Source of the DNA: Rhizaria sp. SCN 62-66
Lineage: Eukaryota
Length of the DNA stretch: 64,000 nucleotides
Assembly: GCA_001724265.1 (NCBI GenBank)
Contig: MEDY01000003.1
Location: 62,001 to 126,000 of the forward strand
Reading direction: 5' to 3'
Each line of letters opens with the position of its first letter. The first letter of the stretch is position 1. Below, one piece after another: positions 48,762 to 60,727 of this stretch. The translations under genes and the position numbers were made by a program. Below the pieces are notes generated by a model. That model searched no databases and was not told where the DNA came from. It saw only the letters and a list, made by a program, of their open reading frames with translations.

Positions 48762-50441
48762 TTAAACTTGCCCAAACAAGTCCATTCCGTGTAAATCCCC
48801 TTCATTCACCACCATCTCGCCCTCATCATCGCCAGCGCCACCGCCATACAGCTGCTGTTGCTGTTGCTGTTGCTGCAACTGCTGGCCCTGCTGCTTGTTC
48901 GCGTCCGCGCTGACCCCCGCTCCCGCCGTGCCATAGTACGCCTGGCGACTCACACCGCTGCCCGCGCCCGCACCGGCCCTACTGCCGCTGCCACCGGCGC
49001 CGACGCCGAGACGCGCGGTGCCGGCCCCGGCCAGCGCGCTGTTGACGTTGCCGCCGTTCGCGATGGCGTTAGCGTTGCCAGTCGTGGCCTGCGCTAGTGT
49101 GCGCCGCGTGATCGAGGGGAACATAACGTCGTAGAGCGTGTAGATGACCTTGTCCTGGGAGAGAAACCATTCGACGGTGTTGATGCGGTCCTGCACCGTG
49201 AAGGCCTCCAGCGGGATCGTCCGCGGGTCCACGGGGGCGCCGTTCGCGCCGCCACCGCCCGCAGTCATGTTACTGTTGTGGTGACTGTTCTGTGAGTTGG
49301 TGAGTGATGGAGCGCGCGACTTGCGGGCCGCGGCGCGCGCCTGCGCGGCCCGCCGCTCGGCGATGTCCACGCGCACGTCCTCGACGGCCTGCTTGAGGAA
49401 CTCAAGCAGCTGCCCACGGTCGCTGCGGTCCGCCACGCGCGCGGTCTGGCTCGCGCGCAGCTGCGTCTCTAGCGCGCGCGCCTGCCGCTGCGAGTGCGCC
49501 AGCGCGGCAGTGCTCGCGTCCAGGTCGCGCTTCAGCTGCGCGATCGTCGTCGCCGCCGCAGCCTCGCCTGCGCTGTTGTTCGACTGACTCGCGCTACCGC
49601 CGTTGGCGTTGGCACTGCGGTGGGGGCCGAAGGTGAGCGCGGGCACTGGCGCGGCCGAGAACGAACCTTGGCTGGAGCCGACGCGGGCCGTGGCGGCGCG
49701 CGAGGGCAGCCGCGAGCCGCCGGTGCGCGCAAAGCCACCATTCGCACTGTTCGTATTGTTCGCGATACCAGTGCTGGTGAAGTCGTCTGTGAGCGTGGGA
49801 ATGGGCAGCGCGAGCGTTTTGGAGAGCTCGGGCGCGACGACGCCCTCGCGCTCCAGCACAAGGCGTAGCTTCGCAATCTCCTTCTTCGCGGCGACGAGCT
49901 GCTTGATCAGGAAAGCGCGGTCCTCCTCGCGCGTCTGCAGTTGGCGCAAGTAGCGCTGGTTGTCCTTAAGGAAGACTTTGTTCTCGCTGGTGAGCTTGTC
50001 GGTCAAATCGCGCAGCCACTCAACCTCCTCGGTGAGTTTGTGGCAGCGAACAACCCACTCGGCGGCGCCCGTTTCGCTCTTGCGGCGCTCGCGGTCGAGC
50101 TCCTCCTGCACCTGCGCGAGACGCGCGCGGAAGGCGCGGATGAGGTCGCGCTCCTGGTCTTGCAGGATCTGCTGTGTTTTGTCCTGGATTTGTCCGATCG
50201 CGGACTGGATGACGCCGTGCATGGTGACAATCTTGCGGCCGCGCTCGGGCAGCGATGCAAGCCCGCCCTCGCCCGGGCGCAGCGTCGCGGTGGGCGGCAG
50301 CGCCACGCGGTCCGCGAGCTGCTGCTGGACCTCGCGGTACTTGTCGTCGCGGTGCAGCAGGCTGGGGCCCGAGGACGCGGCGCCGGGCTGCGGGGCGCCC
50401 GAGGGGGCGGGGCCGGCCGGGACGGGCGCGGATGTAGACAT
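48762..50441 (-). CDS. Coiled-coil protein, 559 aa, possibly basal-body or cilium associated
   Basis: Single ORF from ATG 50441. Long heptad region (QERDLIRAFRARLAQVQEELDRERRK...EEDRAFLIKQLVAAKKEIAKLR) and a C-terminal block (LEFLKQAVEDVR...FTVQDRINTVEWFLSQDKVIYTLYDVMFP) that loosely recalls BBOF1-type proteins (unverified). Ends TAA. Confidence 0.75.
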   Translation of the reverse strand: MSTSAPVPAGPAPSGAPQPGAASSGPSLLHRDDKYREVQQQLADRVALPPTATLRPGEGGLASLPERGRKIVTMHGVIQSAIGQIQDKTQQILQDQERDLIRAFRARLAQVQEELDRERRKSETGAAEWVVRCHKLTEEVEWLRDLTDKLTSENKVFLKDNQRYLRQLQTREEDRAFLIKQLVAAKKEIAKLRLVLEREGVVAPELSKTLALPIPTLTDDFTSTGIANNTNSANGGFARTGGSRLPSRAATARVGSSQGSFSAAPVPALTFGPHRSANANGGSASQSNNSAGEAAAATTIAQLKRDLDASTAALAHSQRQARALETQLRASQTARVADRSDRGQLLEFLKQAVEDVRVDIAERRAAQARAAARKSRAPSLTNSQNSHHNSNMTAGGGGANGAPVDPRTIPLEAFTVQDRINTVEWFLSQDKVIYTLYDVMFPSITRRTLAQATTGNANAIANGGNVNSALAGAGTARLGVGAGGSGSRAGAGAGSGVSRQAYYGTAGAGVSADANKQQGQQLQQQQQQQQLYGGGAGDDEGEMVVNEGDLHGMDLFGQV

Positions 50442-51184
50442 CAGGGCCAAGGGAGGGCTCAATGGAAAGCTAGAAGACTGACGAAAGACTTCGGGGAGAG
50501 GGAGGCGTAACGGTTGGGCAGAGCACGGGAAAGGGGATCAGTGGAAGGGATAATGTTTTTTATGCAAAGTGCAAATTATAGACTGATTAAATCCGACGCA
50601 TACATGCACGGATTAGAAGATGAAACGGAATTTGACGATGGGGACTGCTCGCACGATTCATTTTTCGAAGCAGTCTGACTGACAGTGGACCTCAACAACG
50701 GCCACCGGCGAAAAGACTCGAAACGCAACTAGGGAGGTAGAGGTATAATCTCACACGTCTACGCTGGTCTTTACTCGCCGTTGTTAGCGTCAAAACTGAA
50801 GTTTCATGTTTGAGTTTATCCAGTCTAACTGTTTTTTGATTCTATACTCTTCCATCTCTTGATAATTTCAAAGCAGACCCCGGATAAACCCCGGCGTGTG
50901 CCCCTCTCTTGGACCACTTCGTAGCTCTGTTCCCAGACTGCACCACGCGTCGTATACCAGTGCCAGCAGTTCCGCTCTTGCTGTGTAGGGTTGCCACGTA
51001 CCCAAATTACGCGCCCCCGCGGTGTCACCCGCACACGCTCTAGTTTCATATCTTTCTGACTGAGACGGTGCGCGAGCTCTTCGAACAACGGAAGTTTGCC
51101 CAACTCAACCACCATTGTCAGGGTTGCACTTGCTGACGAAGCTCACACCACGCCTGTCATCATAACTAGCAGTTGGAGGCGCCC
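50442..51184. promoter_or_regulatory. Divergent intergenic region between the coiled-coil gene and kinesin
   Basis: 743-nt gap between head-to-head genes; inferred from position only. Confidence 0.5.
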
Positions 51185-54100
51185 ATGAGCTCGGGTTACC
51201 CCAACGTTGCGCCCCCAGCTGCTTCTCCGGAGGCAGCTGCTGAGCCCGCCTTTGACGCCAGCGCTAGCTTTGACAGCAGTAGCAGTAGGAGCAGCTTTAA
51301 CTTCGGGCACAGCAGCTTCGCCAACAACAACAACAACTCGAGCAGCGCTAGCAACGCGAACACCCCGGGCGCTTCTGTCAACATCGGCGGCAGTGACGCC
51401 ATCCGCGTCCTCTGCCGTCTCCGCCCACCGGACCTCGCTCTCCTCTCGGGCAACAGCAGTAGTGGCAGCAACAGCAGCTTTGGCAACACGAGCGGCCGCG
51501 GCCGGCCGTTGAGCGAGGCTGCAATGATATCGAAGCTCGCGGTGTTCGCGAACGACATCTCCGGCCAGAAGATCGAGCTCGTCACAACCCCCACGAACAG
51601 CAGCCACCATAGTCATCATCATCATCATAACGCACATGCGCACGGCAGCAACATGAGCTCCGCGTCGACGACGCCCGTGAGCGTGAGCGGCGCCACGACG
51701 CCCGGCTACGCTGCGAAGCACCGGTCCAAGGCACTGGAGTTCTCGTTTGACCGTGTATTCAACCAGTTCACCCCGCAAAAGGAGGTGTTCGCTGAGTGCA
51801 CCGGCATGCTCGACGCCGTGCTGGCCGGCTACAACGCGACGATCTTCGCGTACGGCCAGTCGGGCGCGGGCAAGACGTGGACGATGGAGGGCTCCGACTG
51901 GTCGAGCAACAGCACTGGCCACAACAGCCATCAAAGCGACCACGGCACCAGTTCTGTAGTCGGCAGCGGCGGCGCTGGCATCATCCCGAACTCGATCGAT
52001 TACATCTTCAACGCGGTCACGAGCAACACGGCCGCCGCGACAAGCAGCACGGGCGGTGGTAATCGTGAATATCTGGTGCGAGCGAGCTACATCGAGATTT
52101 ACAATGACCTCTGCTACGACCTGCTCTCTGACGCGCCGTTCTCGTGCACTCTCCCCGTCGTAGAACGCACTGACAAGACCGGCTTCGAGGTCTCAGGCGC
52201 GACTGACATTGTGGTGACCTCGGCCAAGGAGCTGCGGCGCGTGTTCCGCCGTGGGCGCGCCTTTCGGCGCCAGGCCGCGACCACCAACAACGACCGGTCG
52301 TCCCGCTCGCACGCCATCTTCACTATCTGCGTCGAGTCGTCGCACGCGCTCACGACCAAGCTCCAGAGTGGCGGAGCGGGAGACGCGGCGGGCGACTGGG
52401 GCGTGCGCGTGGGCAAGCTGCACTGCGTCGACCTCGCCGGTTCCGAAAAACTGCAGGATAAGGAGGCGGAGGTGAAGCCGCGCGTCCGCGAGTCACAGAC
52501 GATTAACCAGTCACTGCTGTCTCTAACGCGCGTCATCACGACGTTGTCTCATTATCAACAACAGCAGCAGAAGCAGCACGGTCGGTTCAGCGCGACTGTG
52601 AGTGCGAGTGCGAGCTTCGACTCGATTCCTTCTTCGAAGGACAACAACGCGATGTTCACCAACACTGGCACGATCATCGGCTCAGCGTCACACCATCACG
52701 ATGGGGCTGCTCACGGTCACTCCGCCCACGGTTCCGCCCCCTTGCACATTCCGTACCGGTCGTCGAAGCTCACGATGCTGCTCAAGGACGCGCTCGGCGG
52801 CACTGCCAAGACGCTCGTGATCGCGGCCGTACGGCCCGAGGCGTGCTTCATGGAGCAGTCGCAGAACACGCTGCGTTTCGCCGCGCAGCTGGCCACGATC
52901 GTCAACCGGCCGCGGCGCAACGTCGACTCCAAGGAGGGCCGGCTGCGGCTTATGCAGCAGCAGTTGTTGCTGTTTCAGCGGCTTGTGGAGAGGCAGGACT
53001 TGGACGGACTCGATGACGCAATTCGCGCTTTGTTAGTGTCCATCGGCGTCAATACTAATAACAACAACACCAGTAGCAACAACAGCGCAGGTGCGAATGC
53101 TGCTGTTGCTGAGGACCATACTCAGAATCACAATCACCGTCATACCCACGAGAACTGTGCAGCTGCCGCTGTTTCGGGCACTCAGGGCGCCGGCGACGAC
53201 ACAAGCAGCGTCACGAGTGACCAGATGCTGCTGTGCTCACACTGCCAGTCGCCGATGGCGTCCCCGTTTGGCTCGCCGCAACAGACGCAGCAGCTGCGGA
53301 GACTACAGCAACAACAGTTGTTGCAGCCGCACACGGAGGGCGTCGAAGACGACGCTGACAGTAGCAACATCGGTACACCTGATCACAGGGGCGCGGTGCC
53401 TGTGACGCCGAGCGGCGGCAAGCCCCCCTCGGTTAAGAGCCCGCCCCACAGTCACTCTGCGCACGGTCACTCTGCCCACGGTCACCGCCGGTCGGCGTCG
53501 GTGCTCACGGCCCCGATCGACTGGCTGCACCTGCCCGCGCCCACGGTCATGGCCGCGCTGAACAACAGCAGCAACAACAACTGCGGCGACAGCACTCGCA
53601 GTCATGGCGGTGGCGGCGGCGTGAGTGCAAAGCCCCCCGCCCACAGCGGTCTTTTCGCCGGCTACAGCAGCAGCGACCTCGCGGCGCTGTCTGTGCTGCC
53701 CACGACGCCGCGCTCTCTCGCCCTGCACCTGTCCCGCGCCGCGCGGGGGCTCCCGCCGTTCCCCTTTCCGCCCCACTCGCCCTTCGTGCAGAGCGGCCAC
53801 GGTCACGCCAGCGGCCACGGCCACGGCCACAACCACGGCGGCGGGGTCAGCGCGGCCGCAGCGGCGACGTCCCCACTTGCGACCAACGCGGTGACCGCGG
53901 CGGCGGCCGCGGCGGCGGTTGCAGCGGCCGAGGCGGCGCTGGTGCGCGGCGGCCCGTTGTCACGCGGTACGGTTGCGGCGCTGGCGCAGTCGATCAAGAG
54001 CATCAAGGCCGTCATCAAGTCGCCCACGCGGGCCTCGGCGATTGCAGCCGCTAACAAAGGCAAAGGTAACGTGTTTTTCCCTGCTCCGGACGCCAACGGT

Positions 54101-57100
54101 GACGACGACGATGACGACGAGGATGACGGTGATGACACTGACGCGGTTGTTCTGGCTAAGATTAACGTCAACAACATCAACACCATTAAGAACTCAGATA
54201 GTGCTACCGACCGTCAAAGTGACGCTGTTGCTCCTAAGATTGATGATGACGGTGGTTATGATGACACGTACGATGACGTGGACATGGACAGCAGCCGCAT
54301 CAGCGCACTCAACTCGTCTCGCTCTGCCCATAACACTAACACTCACAGCAAGAGCAACGCAAACAATGCGCGCCGTGACCCTCGTGTAGCACCCTTACAC
54401 TTGAGCCACTTGCATCAGCTCACTCAGCAGAGCGACAGTGCGAATGCGAGCGCCGACAACACTGCGAAGACTGCGACCAGTGTCGTAAGCGTCAGCGGCA
54501 GGGATAGTATTGGCGCGGGCCACCGCGCTGTGACCGTCCGCCCCGCCTCTGCCCGCCTGCTGCGCCCCACCGCCTCCAGCGCTGCCCACAGCCACACCGC
54601 CGCCGCCGCAGAGGCTCACGGTGGCCAGGGGCGGGGTGGCGAGGCGCCGACTCTGTCCAACATGCTTTTCGGCAACTCGCGCTCGCCGGCGCCAAAGTCT
54701 TCCGGCGCGCACAGCAGCAACCCACATTGGGGCAGCAACGCCGGCGCACTTAGCAACCGCGCTCACCCGCGCGTGACTGCGGCGAACGGCGGGGATGTTT
54801 ACGCGGGCTCTGGCGTGCCCGCGGCTGCCCCGGCGTCGGCGCGCGCCCGTGTGTCCACCGCGGGCTCGAAGTTAGGCCGCCAAGCGTACCCGGCTTCGGC
54901 CTCGGTCGCGGCGCGCGATCATGACGGCAACACGAGCACCGGCAGCTGTGACAGTGTCGGCGTTAACGCTGGTGCCAAGGGCGTCCGCTTGTTTGACAGC
55001 ACGTACACCCCGGTCGTTGCGCGCAAGCACAGCGGTGTTTATAACAACGGTCGGCAGTCGCCGGTGTCACAGCTGCGCTTGCAGTCGCCCGGCGGTGTTG
55101 CTAGCAATGGCAGTCGGAGTGGCATGCCTGATTTGCCACGACCCCAGTCACCGTGGCAACTCAAGCAACAAAAACAGCAGCAGCAACAACAGCAGCAGCA
55201 GGTATGCGACGGCGATGGCAACGATGAGAACAACGATCTTGGCAACAGCAGCAGTACTAGCCGCGCTCGTTCGCGCTCAAACTCCCTTGCTCGCTCCCCC
55301 GGAGCCGCGTCGCCCCGCACTAGCGGCGGCCTAACTTCCCCCGGAGGCGGCGGCTTGACTTTGAGCAACAAGCCGCTGCTCGCCTTCGGCCGCGTCGTCG
55401 CCCCGACCACGCCCCGCAGCCCGCCGCCGGCGCCCGTGTCGCTGTCCGCCGCGGCCGCGGCCGCGGCCGCCGAGGCCGCGGCGCGCGCGGAGGCCGAGGC
55501 CGCCGCGGCCGCTGCTGCGGAGGCGCGGGCGCAGTCGCTCGCGACGCCTGCGTCCGTGGCAGCCGCTATTAAGACCGCGACTGCGCTCACCAAGGCCATC
55601 CAGGACGGGCTGTTAGTTGACGCAAAGGCAGTTGAGGAGGGCACTGCGTCTGCCGTAGCCGTCACTGCATACGCTGAGCCGTTCCCCTATCCCTCGTCGC
55701 GCCCCCTCACTCAGTCACAGCGGACCGCGCAGTCGCCGACCGGCTCTGGCTCTGGTTCACGGTCACTGTCTGCTGTGGCTGCGGCTGCTGACGGCTGCAG
55801 TGTTTTGTCCGCCGCCGACGCCGCTGCTCTGCGGGCCGAGGCCTCGGAGGCGCAGGCGGCGGCGCGGCGCGCGGCTGCGGCGGCGCTGGCGGCCAGGTCC
55901 GCCAGCGACAAGCTGCTGAGCGCGCTGCGGGGCCACGCCGAGGCTGCGGCGACGGCGGCGGCGACGGCGACGGCGGCGGCGACGACCGCCACGGCGGCCG
56001 CGGTTGACGCTGCTGACGCTGCGTCCAGCGTCAGCACTAGCAACAACCCATGTCTTGGTCTTGATCTTGATGCCTCTCGGGGGATTGCAAGTCCTCCTAG
56101 TGCGAGTGGGAACAGCTCGGCGAGGGCCGGCGTGTCGTGGCAAGGGCTCGGTCTGGATGAGGGACTCGATGACACGGACTGTGTCAATCCCTCGACAGTC
56201 TCCGCGGCACAGGCGGCGAGCGGTGTCAGTGACGCTGGTGATGATGACGATGACGAGTATGAGGAGGTTGAGGAGGAGGTGTTTGTGGAACAGCACATCC
56301 CGTCTGCTACCCCCAGTCAGCTGAGCTCTCCTGCCCACGGTCCCTTCGCCGCCCACGGTCACTTGGCGCCGACCCACAGCTCCCTGGGACCTGCTCCTAG
56401 CCACCACCTGTATGCCAAGGAGCCCTCTGCGTGGGCGTCGCTGGCTGCGCTTGCGCCCGTGTTGAGCGTACCGCACGGCAGCGTCATCGTCCCGACGAAC
56501 GGTAGTGCAATTTTCCCAGCTAGCATTGGCATTAATCCTGCTGCAGCGAGCGTTACGAGCGCAACTGCAGATGTGAACAACGTGAGCAGTGCTGCGCCTG
56601 GCACACCTAATGTCAGTAGTCATCTTTTGACTGCGGATGTGGGTGCCCGCGCCAGTTCTTTTGCCCCCAGCGCTACAGCCACTGCCGCCGCTGCTGCTCC
56701 TGCTGCTGCTCCTGCTGCTACGGCGACGGCTACTCCCGCTCTCGCGCCTGTTGCTGCTTCCATCGTCGCTGCGAGGGCTGGCCTCAGAGCCTCACATCCG
56801 TACACTCCCCAGCAACAACAGGGTGCAAACCTTACCCAGAGCGCCTACAGCGCTGCTGCTGCTGATGCTGCTCCCACTCAGGCCCCCGCGGCTGCTTTGG
56901 CTGCGACTAAGACTGCAACCGCGCCCAGTGCTGCGACTCCGTCGACTGCGACTGCATTGACTTCCGCGACTGCGTTGACTTCCGCGACTGCGCCGGACGC
57001 GGACTCGCTTCTGGTCCTCACAGCACTGCTCCGCAGCAAGGGCTTCCACGGACCCTCGGCCGCCGCGGCCGCCGCACACTTGCTCTCAACGCTGCCGCCC

Positions 57101-58363
57101 CACGCAGCCCCGTGGCAGCACTCGGCTACCGCCGCGCTCAGCCGGAGCTACGATAGCACTGGGAGCCCCGGCGCTGTCGTACTCTCGACGCAAGGCCAGG
57201 GGACTGAGACTGCTTTGACTGCGCCTAATGCGAGTGCGGCGAGTGTTGTGTCTGCGGCGGAGGACTCTGCTGCAGTGGCTGCAGCTGCGGCTGCCTTTGC
57301 GCGCCACGTCTCCATGACGCCGCTGTCCCCGCAGCTGCTCCCCCACCAGCACCAGCCTCACCACAGCCGCGCGGCCTCGAGAGCCAACTCCCGCCCCTTC
57401 TCCCGCATCAACTCGCGCCCCGGCTCCCGCGTCGGCTCCCATCCTGTCGCCGGCTCTGTCTCTGGCGCGGTGGCCGCGCCGCTGCCGCTGTCGGCGCTGC
57501 GCAACGAGGCGAGCGAGCGGCGCCACGTGGCCGCCACCGCGGGCGCCGAGTCGCGCGCGCGGGCAGAGCTGGCCGCGCGGTCGCGGGCGCGGGCGCGCGC
57601 GCAGTCGCAGTCTCGCTACGCGCAGTCGCAGCCACAATCACAGACTCAAGAACCTGACGCCAGTGCAAGCAGTGCGATTGCGGGTGCGCCTGTTATCGTG
57701 GACTGGGATAAGGCGCGCTCGCGCCGTGCGCTGTCGCCGTTGTACCAGCGCCCGCCTACATACATTCAGGACCCTTACGTGACGGCGCAGGGCCCATATA
57801 TCGCGGTCGCTGCGTCGTCTAAGGACCTCAGCGCGACTGCTGCGCTCGACGCTCAGCTGCTCGCCCACAGTCACTTGCTGACTGGACCGACTGCTCACGG
57901 TCACTCCACCGCTCACGGTCACTCTGCGGCTGTCGACGCTGCCCACAGTCGCTCGCGCGTGCACGAGCAGCTGCACTCGCGCGAGACCGTGGCGGCCGCG
58001 TCGCGCCGCGTCGCGCTGCGAGCCGCCGCGACCGCCGCTGCCGCGGCGGCGGCGGAGGCCAAGGCCGAGGCCGCGGCCGAGGCCGAGGCGGCCGCGGCTG
58101 CTACTGTGCTGCGCACGCGCAGCGTTGCAGTCAAGGCCGCCTTTGGCACCGCACAGGCGCCACCTCGCCAGTCTGCGTCGAGTGCGCATGGCAGCAACGC
58201 GACGGGTCCCGTGAACCCTGCCTCTGCGACGGTGAGCGGAGCCGGGCTGCTGTAGCAGTGGGAGACGGCCAAGGCGCTGCAGAGCGCCGAGGGCGCCAAC
58301 GGCAAGGCGCGCCGCGTGCTTGAACACGCGCGGCGCGCGCTCGCGCTGGCGCACTCGAAGTGA
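51185..58363 (+). CDS. N-type kinesin with a very long low-complexity tail; 2,356 aa to TAG 58253-58255, or 2,392 aa if that TAG is read through to TGA 58361-58363
   Basis: Motor motifs IRVLCRLRP, FSFDRVF, FAYGQSGAGKT (P-loop), SYIEIYND, NDRSSRSHAIF (switch I), VDLAGSE (switch II), HIPYRSSKLT. ATG at 51185. The 3' end is uncertain (see findings). Confidence 0.88.
56950..56991 (+). repeat. 18-nt tandem duplication encoding TALTSA twice in the kinesin tail
   Basis: gactgcattgacttccgc gactgcgttgacttccgc gactgc. Confidence 0.75.
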
Positions 58364-58732
58364 GCAGTGCGCTGCGTAATGAATGCTGCGTATCAGTTGC
58401 TGCGTAACAGTTTTGTTGCTGGAGAGGTTGCGTTTTGCGTGATATGCGATGATATGAGAATGGTTACACTAAAAATAACGGATAACGCACATTATATGCG
58501 CTTGGCTTTACCTAGATACACTTTATTTACTTTGATCCTTTTATATATCACTATGACATTGACGTTGTGAAAGTTTGCGACCGTTTGTGGTGGAGAGCCA
58601 CGAGGCCTGATGACATCGTCCATCCATCTTCACTCTTGGAATTCTCGACACATCATCGTCATTGCTATACACCACGCCCACATCGAATTTTCTCACGTTT
58701 ATAATTTCTTGTTCTGTATTTTTTTAGTCACC

Positions 58733-59714
58733 GTGTTCGCTTCTAACGCCGTCGGGTGGGGGAGCCCCCCTGGAGGTGCTGCTCCTGGTTCTTCCACGAG
58801 TCTCCTCACGCCTACAGTCTCCTCCGTTCAGGGCGGTGGGCCGCTGTCACCCCCTCCACAGCCCCTCGACCCCGCGTCATACCCCAAGTTTCCTGTCACC
58901 GCGACAGGCGCTGCAAAGGTCCCGCTGGGCAACACACGCCAGGTTCGTTTCCCCTTTTCACTTCTACTCGACACAAAACACTCTTTAGCTCTATCAAAGC
59001 GTACTCACTCGGAATGTTACTTAGCCCGTGTCTCGATCACACCTTTGCTCACATGTATATGTACGATCACTTTGTTTCACCTTTGTTTCGTCACGCATAT
59101 CCCGCCCCCAGGAGATGCTCGACATCGACCGCCTGGCCGACCTATACTCCATCCTGGTCGCGCTGGACCGCCTCGAGCAAGCCTACGTGCAGGACACCAT
59201 CCAGTCATCGTCTTACGGTAACGCCTGCGTGAAGCTTCTCGCGCAGTACCGCACCTGGCTCGACTCGTACGCGTCGCTGGTCACCTCCGCGGAAGACTTC
59301 GCCCGCAGCTACGGTTTGTCGTGCCCTGCCGCCTTCGCCCGGATTCGCGCCGGCGTACCCGCGTCCTTAGTCCATGGCGACGCCGAGGCCGACGCCAAGC
59401 GCAACCGCGCGCTCAACGTGCTGGACATCGGTGAGCGCTTTATCACGGCCATGGACGCCATCAAGCTCAACATGCGCGCCGTTGATGAGCTTTTCCCCAG
59501 TGTCAACGAGATCTTGGAGAACATGAACCGGTTCGAGCAGTTCCCTCCCCAGCATGACTCGCGGCTCCGCGTGCAGAAGTGGGTGCTCGAGCTCACCAAC
59601 ATGAAGGCCTCGGACGAGCTGAGCGAGGAGCAGAGCAGGCAGATGTTCTTCGACCTCGAGACCAGTTACAATGGGTTCCGTAAGTTCCTCTCTTCGCAGG
59701 GGCAGAAGAAGTGA
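58733..59714 (+). CDS. VPS28: ESCRT-I subunit VPS28, about 270 aa; exons 58733(?)-58942 and 59112-59714; start codon uncertain (GTG)
   Basis: LADLYSILVALDRLEQAYVQD, YGNACVKLLAQY, CPAAFARIRAGVP, FITAMDAIKLNMRAVDELFP, LTNMKASDELSEEQSRQMFFDLETSY. Phase-0 intron CAG|GTTCGT...CCCCAG|GAG. Ends TGA. Confidence 0.9.
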
Positions 59715-60727
59715 GCAGACGGACTGCGTCAGCTTCAATTAGGAAGTTTAAGGCAACAATACGTATCATGCATCAAGGCTGTTTGTGTCACGCTGTATGT
59801 ATCGGGCCATCAATCGTGAAGTATCTAGCTATCAATCAATACAATTGTGAAACAAAGTTGATCATCGTAGACAAGAGCTTTTGTTTTGATGAATATAATA
59901 TATAAGAGGGTTTTATTTATACTAGTATACTTATTTGTGTTGTTTTGTTTTACGGAAAATATTAACAAATAGAGAAAGCGCGCGCACAGAGAGGGAAGGC
60001 GACGCCATATCATACCATACCATCTGTCATTTCTTGGTCTAAGATACGTGTTGTTACAAAGCGATGCAACAGGCTCACGCGGACAGCAGCAAAACGCGCA
60101 CACAGTCCGTCGGATACCAGGCTAGCAGCACTTGTGAGAGCTTGAGATTGATGGGAGTGACAACACAACACATCACTGCCATTGCGCAAGCACGCGATGA
60201 TAGTAGCTGCGTCGGAAAACTAAAAAGAGGAGCAACCAAGAGGGCGACAGCGAGTGTGCACCAGTCTCAGTGTCTAAGCTCTAGATAGCACATGTGGTCT
60301 GTGTCGGAGCAACTCAACGCAAGGACGTGACTGCGAGTCACATAGTCACAGTCGCAGTCGGGAGAGACGTATAAGAGTCACCCACTGCTGTCGTTGCGTT
60401 GCGTTATTAGACAAAAACAGAGCCCGGATGCATCGAAAGGAGCAGACACTGAGCTCGAGAGCAAGATCCCATCACGGATTGCAGCTACAATAGACAGCAA
60501 GAGCAGAAAATACATGACGTTGGCGGTTAAGCTAACCAACTCATGCTGCTGTCGTTGCTCCTGTTGCTGGATGTTGTTGTCGCTGCAATAAGTGACGTAG
60601 CCACCACCATAGCAGCAGCAGCAAGGCGATACACTGCTGCAGCTGTTGCTGTGGCAGCAGCGGGCGACGACACAGCTATGCGGTGGAGTTATCTTGCTTG
60701 CGGTAAGGTTGCTGACGGGAGGTTCGC

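Noticed and set aside
59715-60727. ORFs of 60-149 aa and CAG/CTG-rich tracts between VPS28 and NDUFB9
   Set aside because: No coding-like codon bias or motifs; consistent with convergent 3'UTRs.
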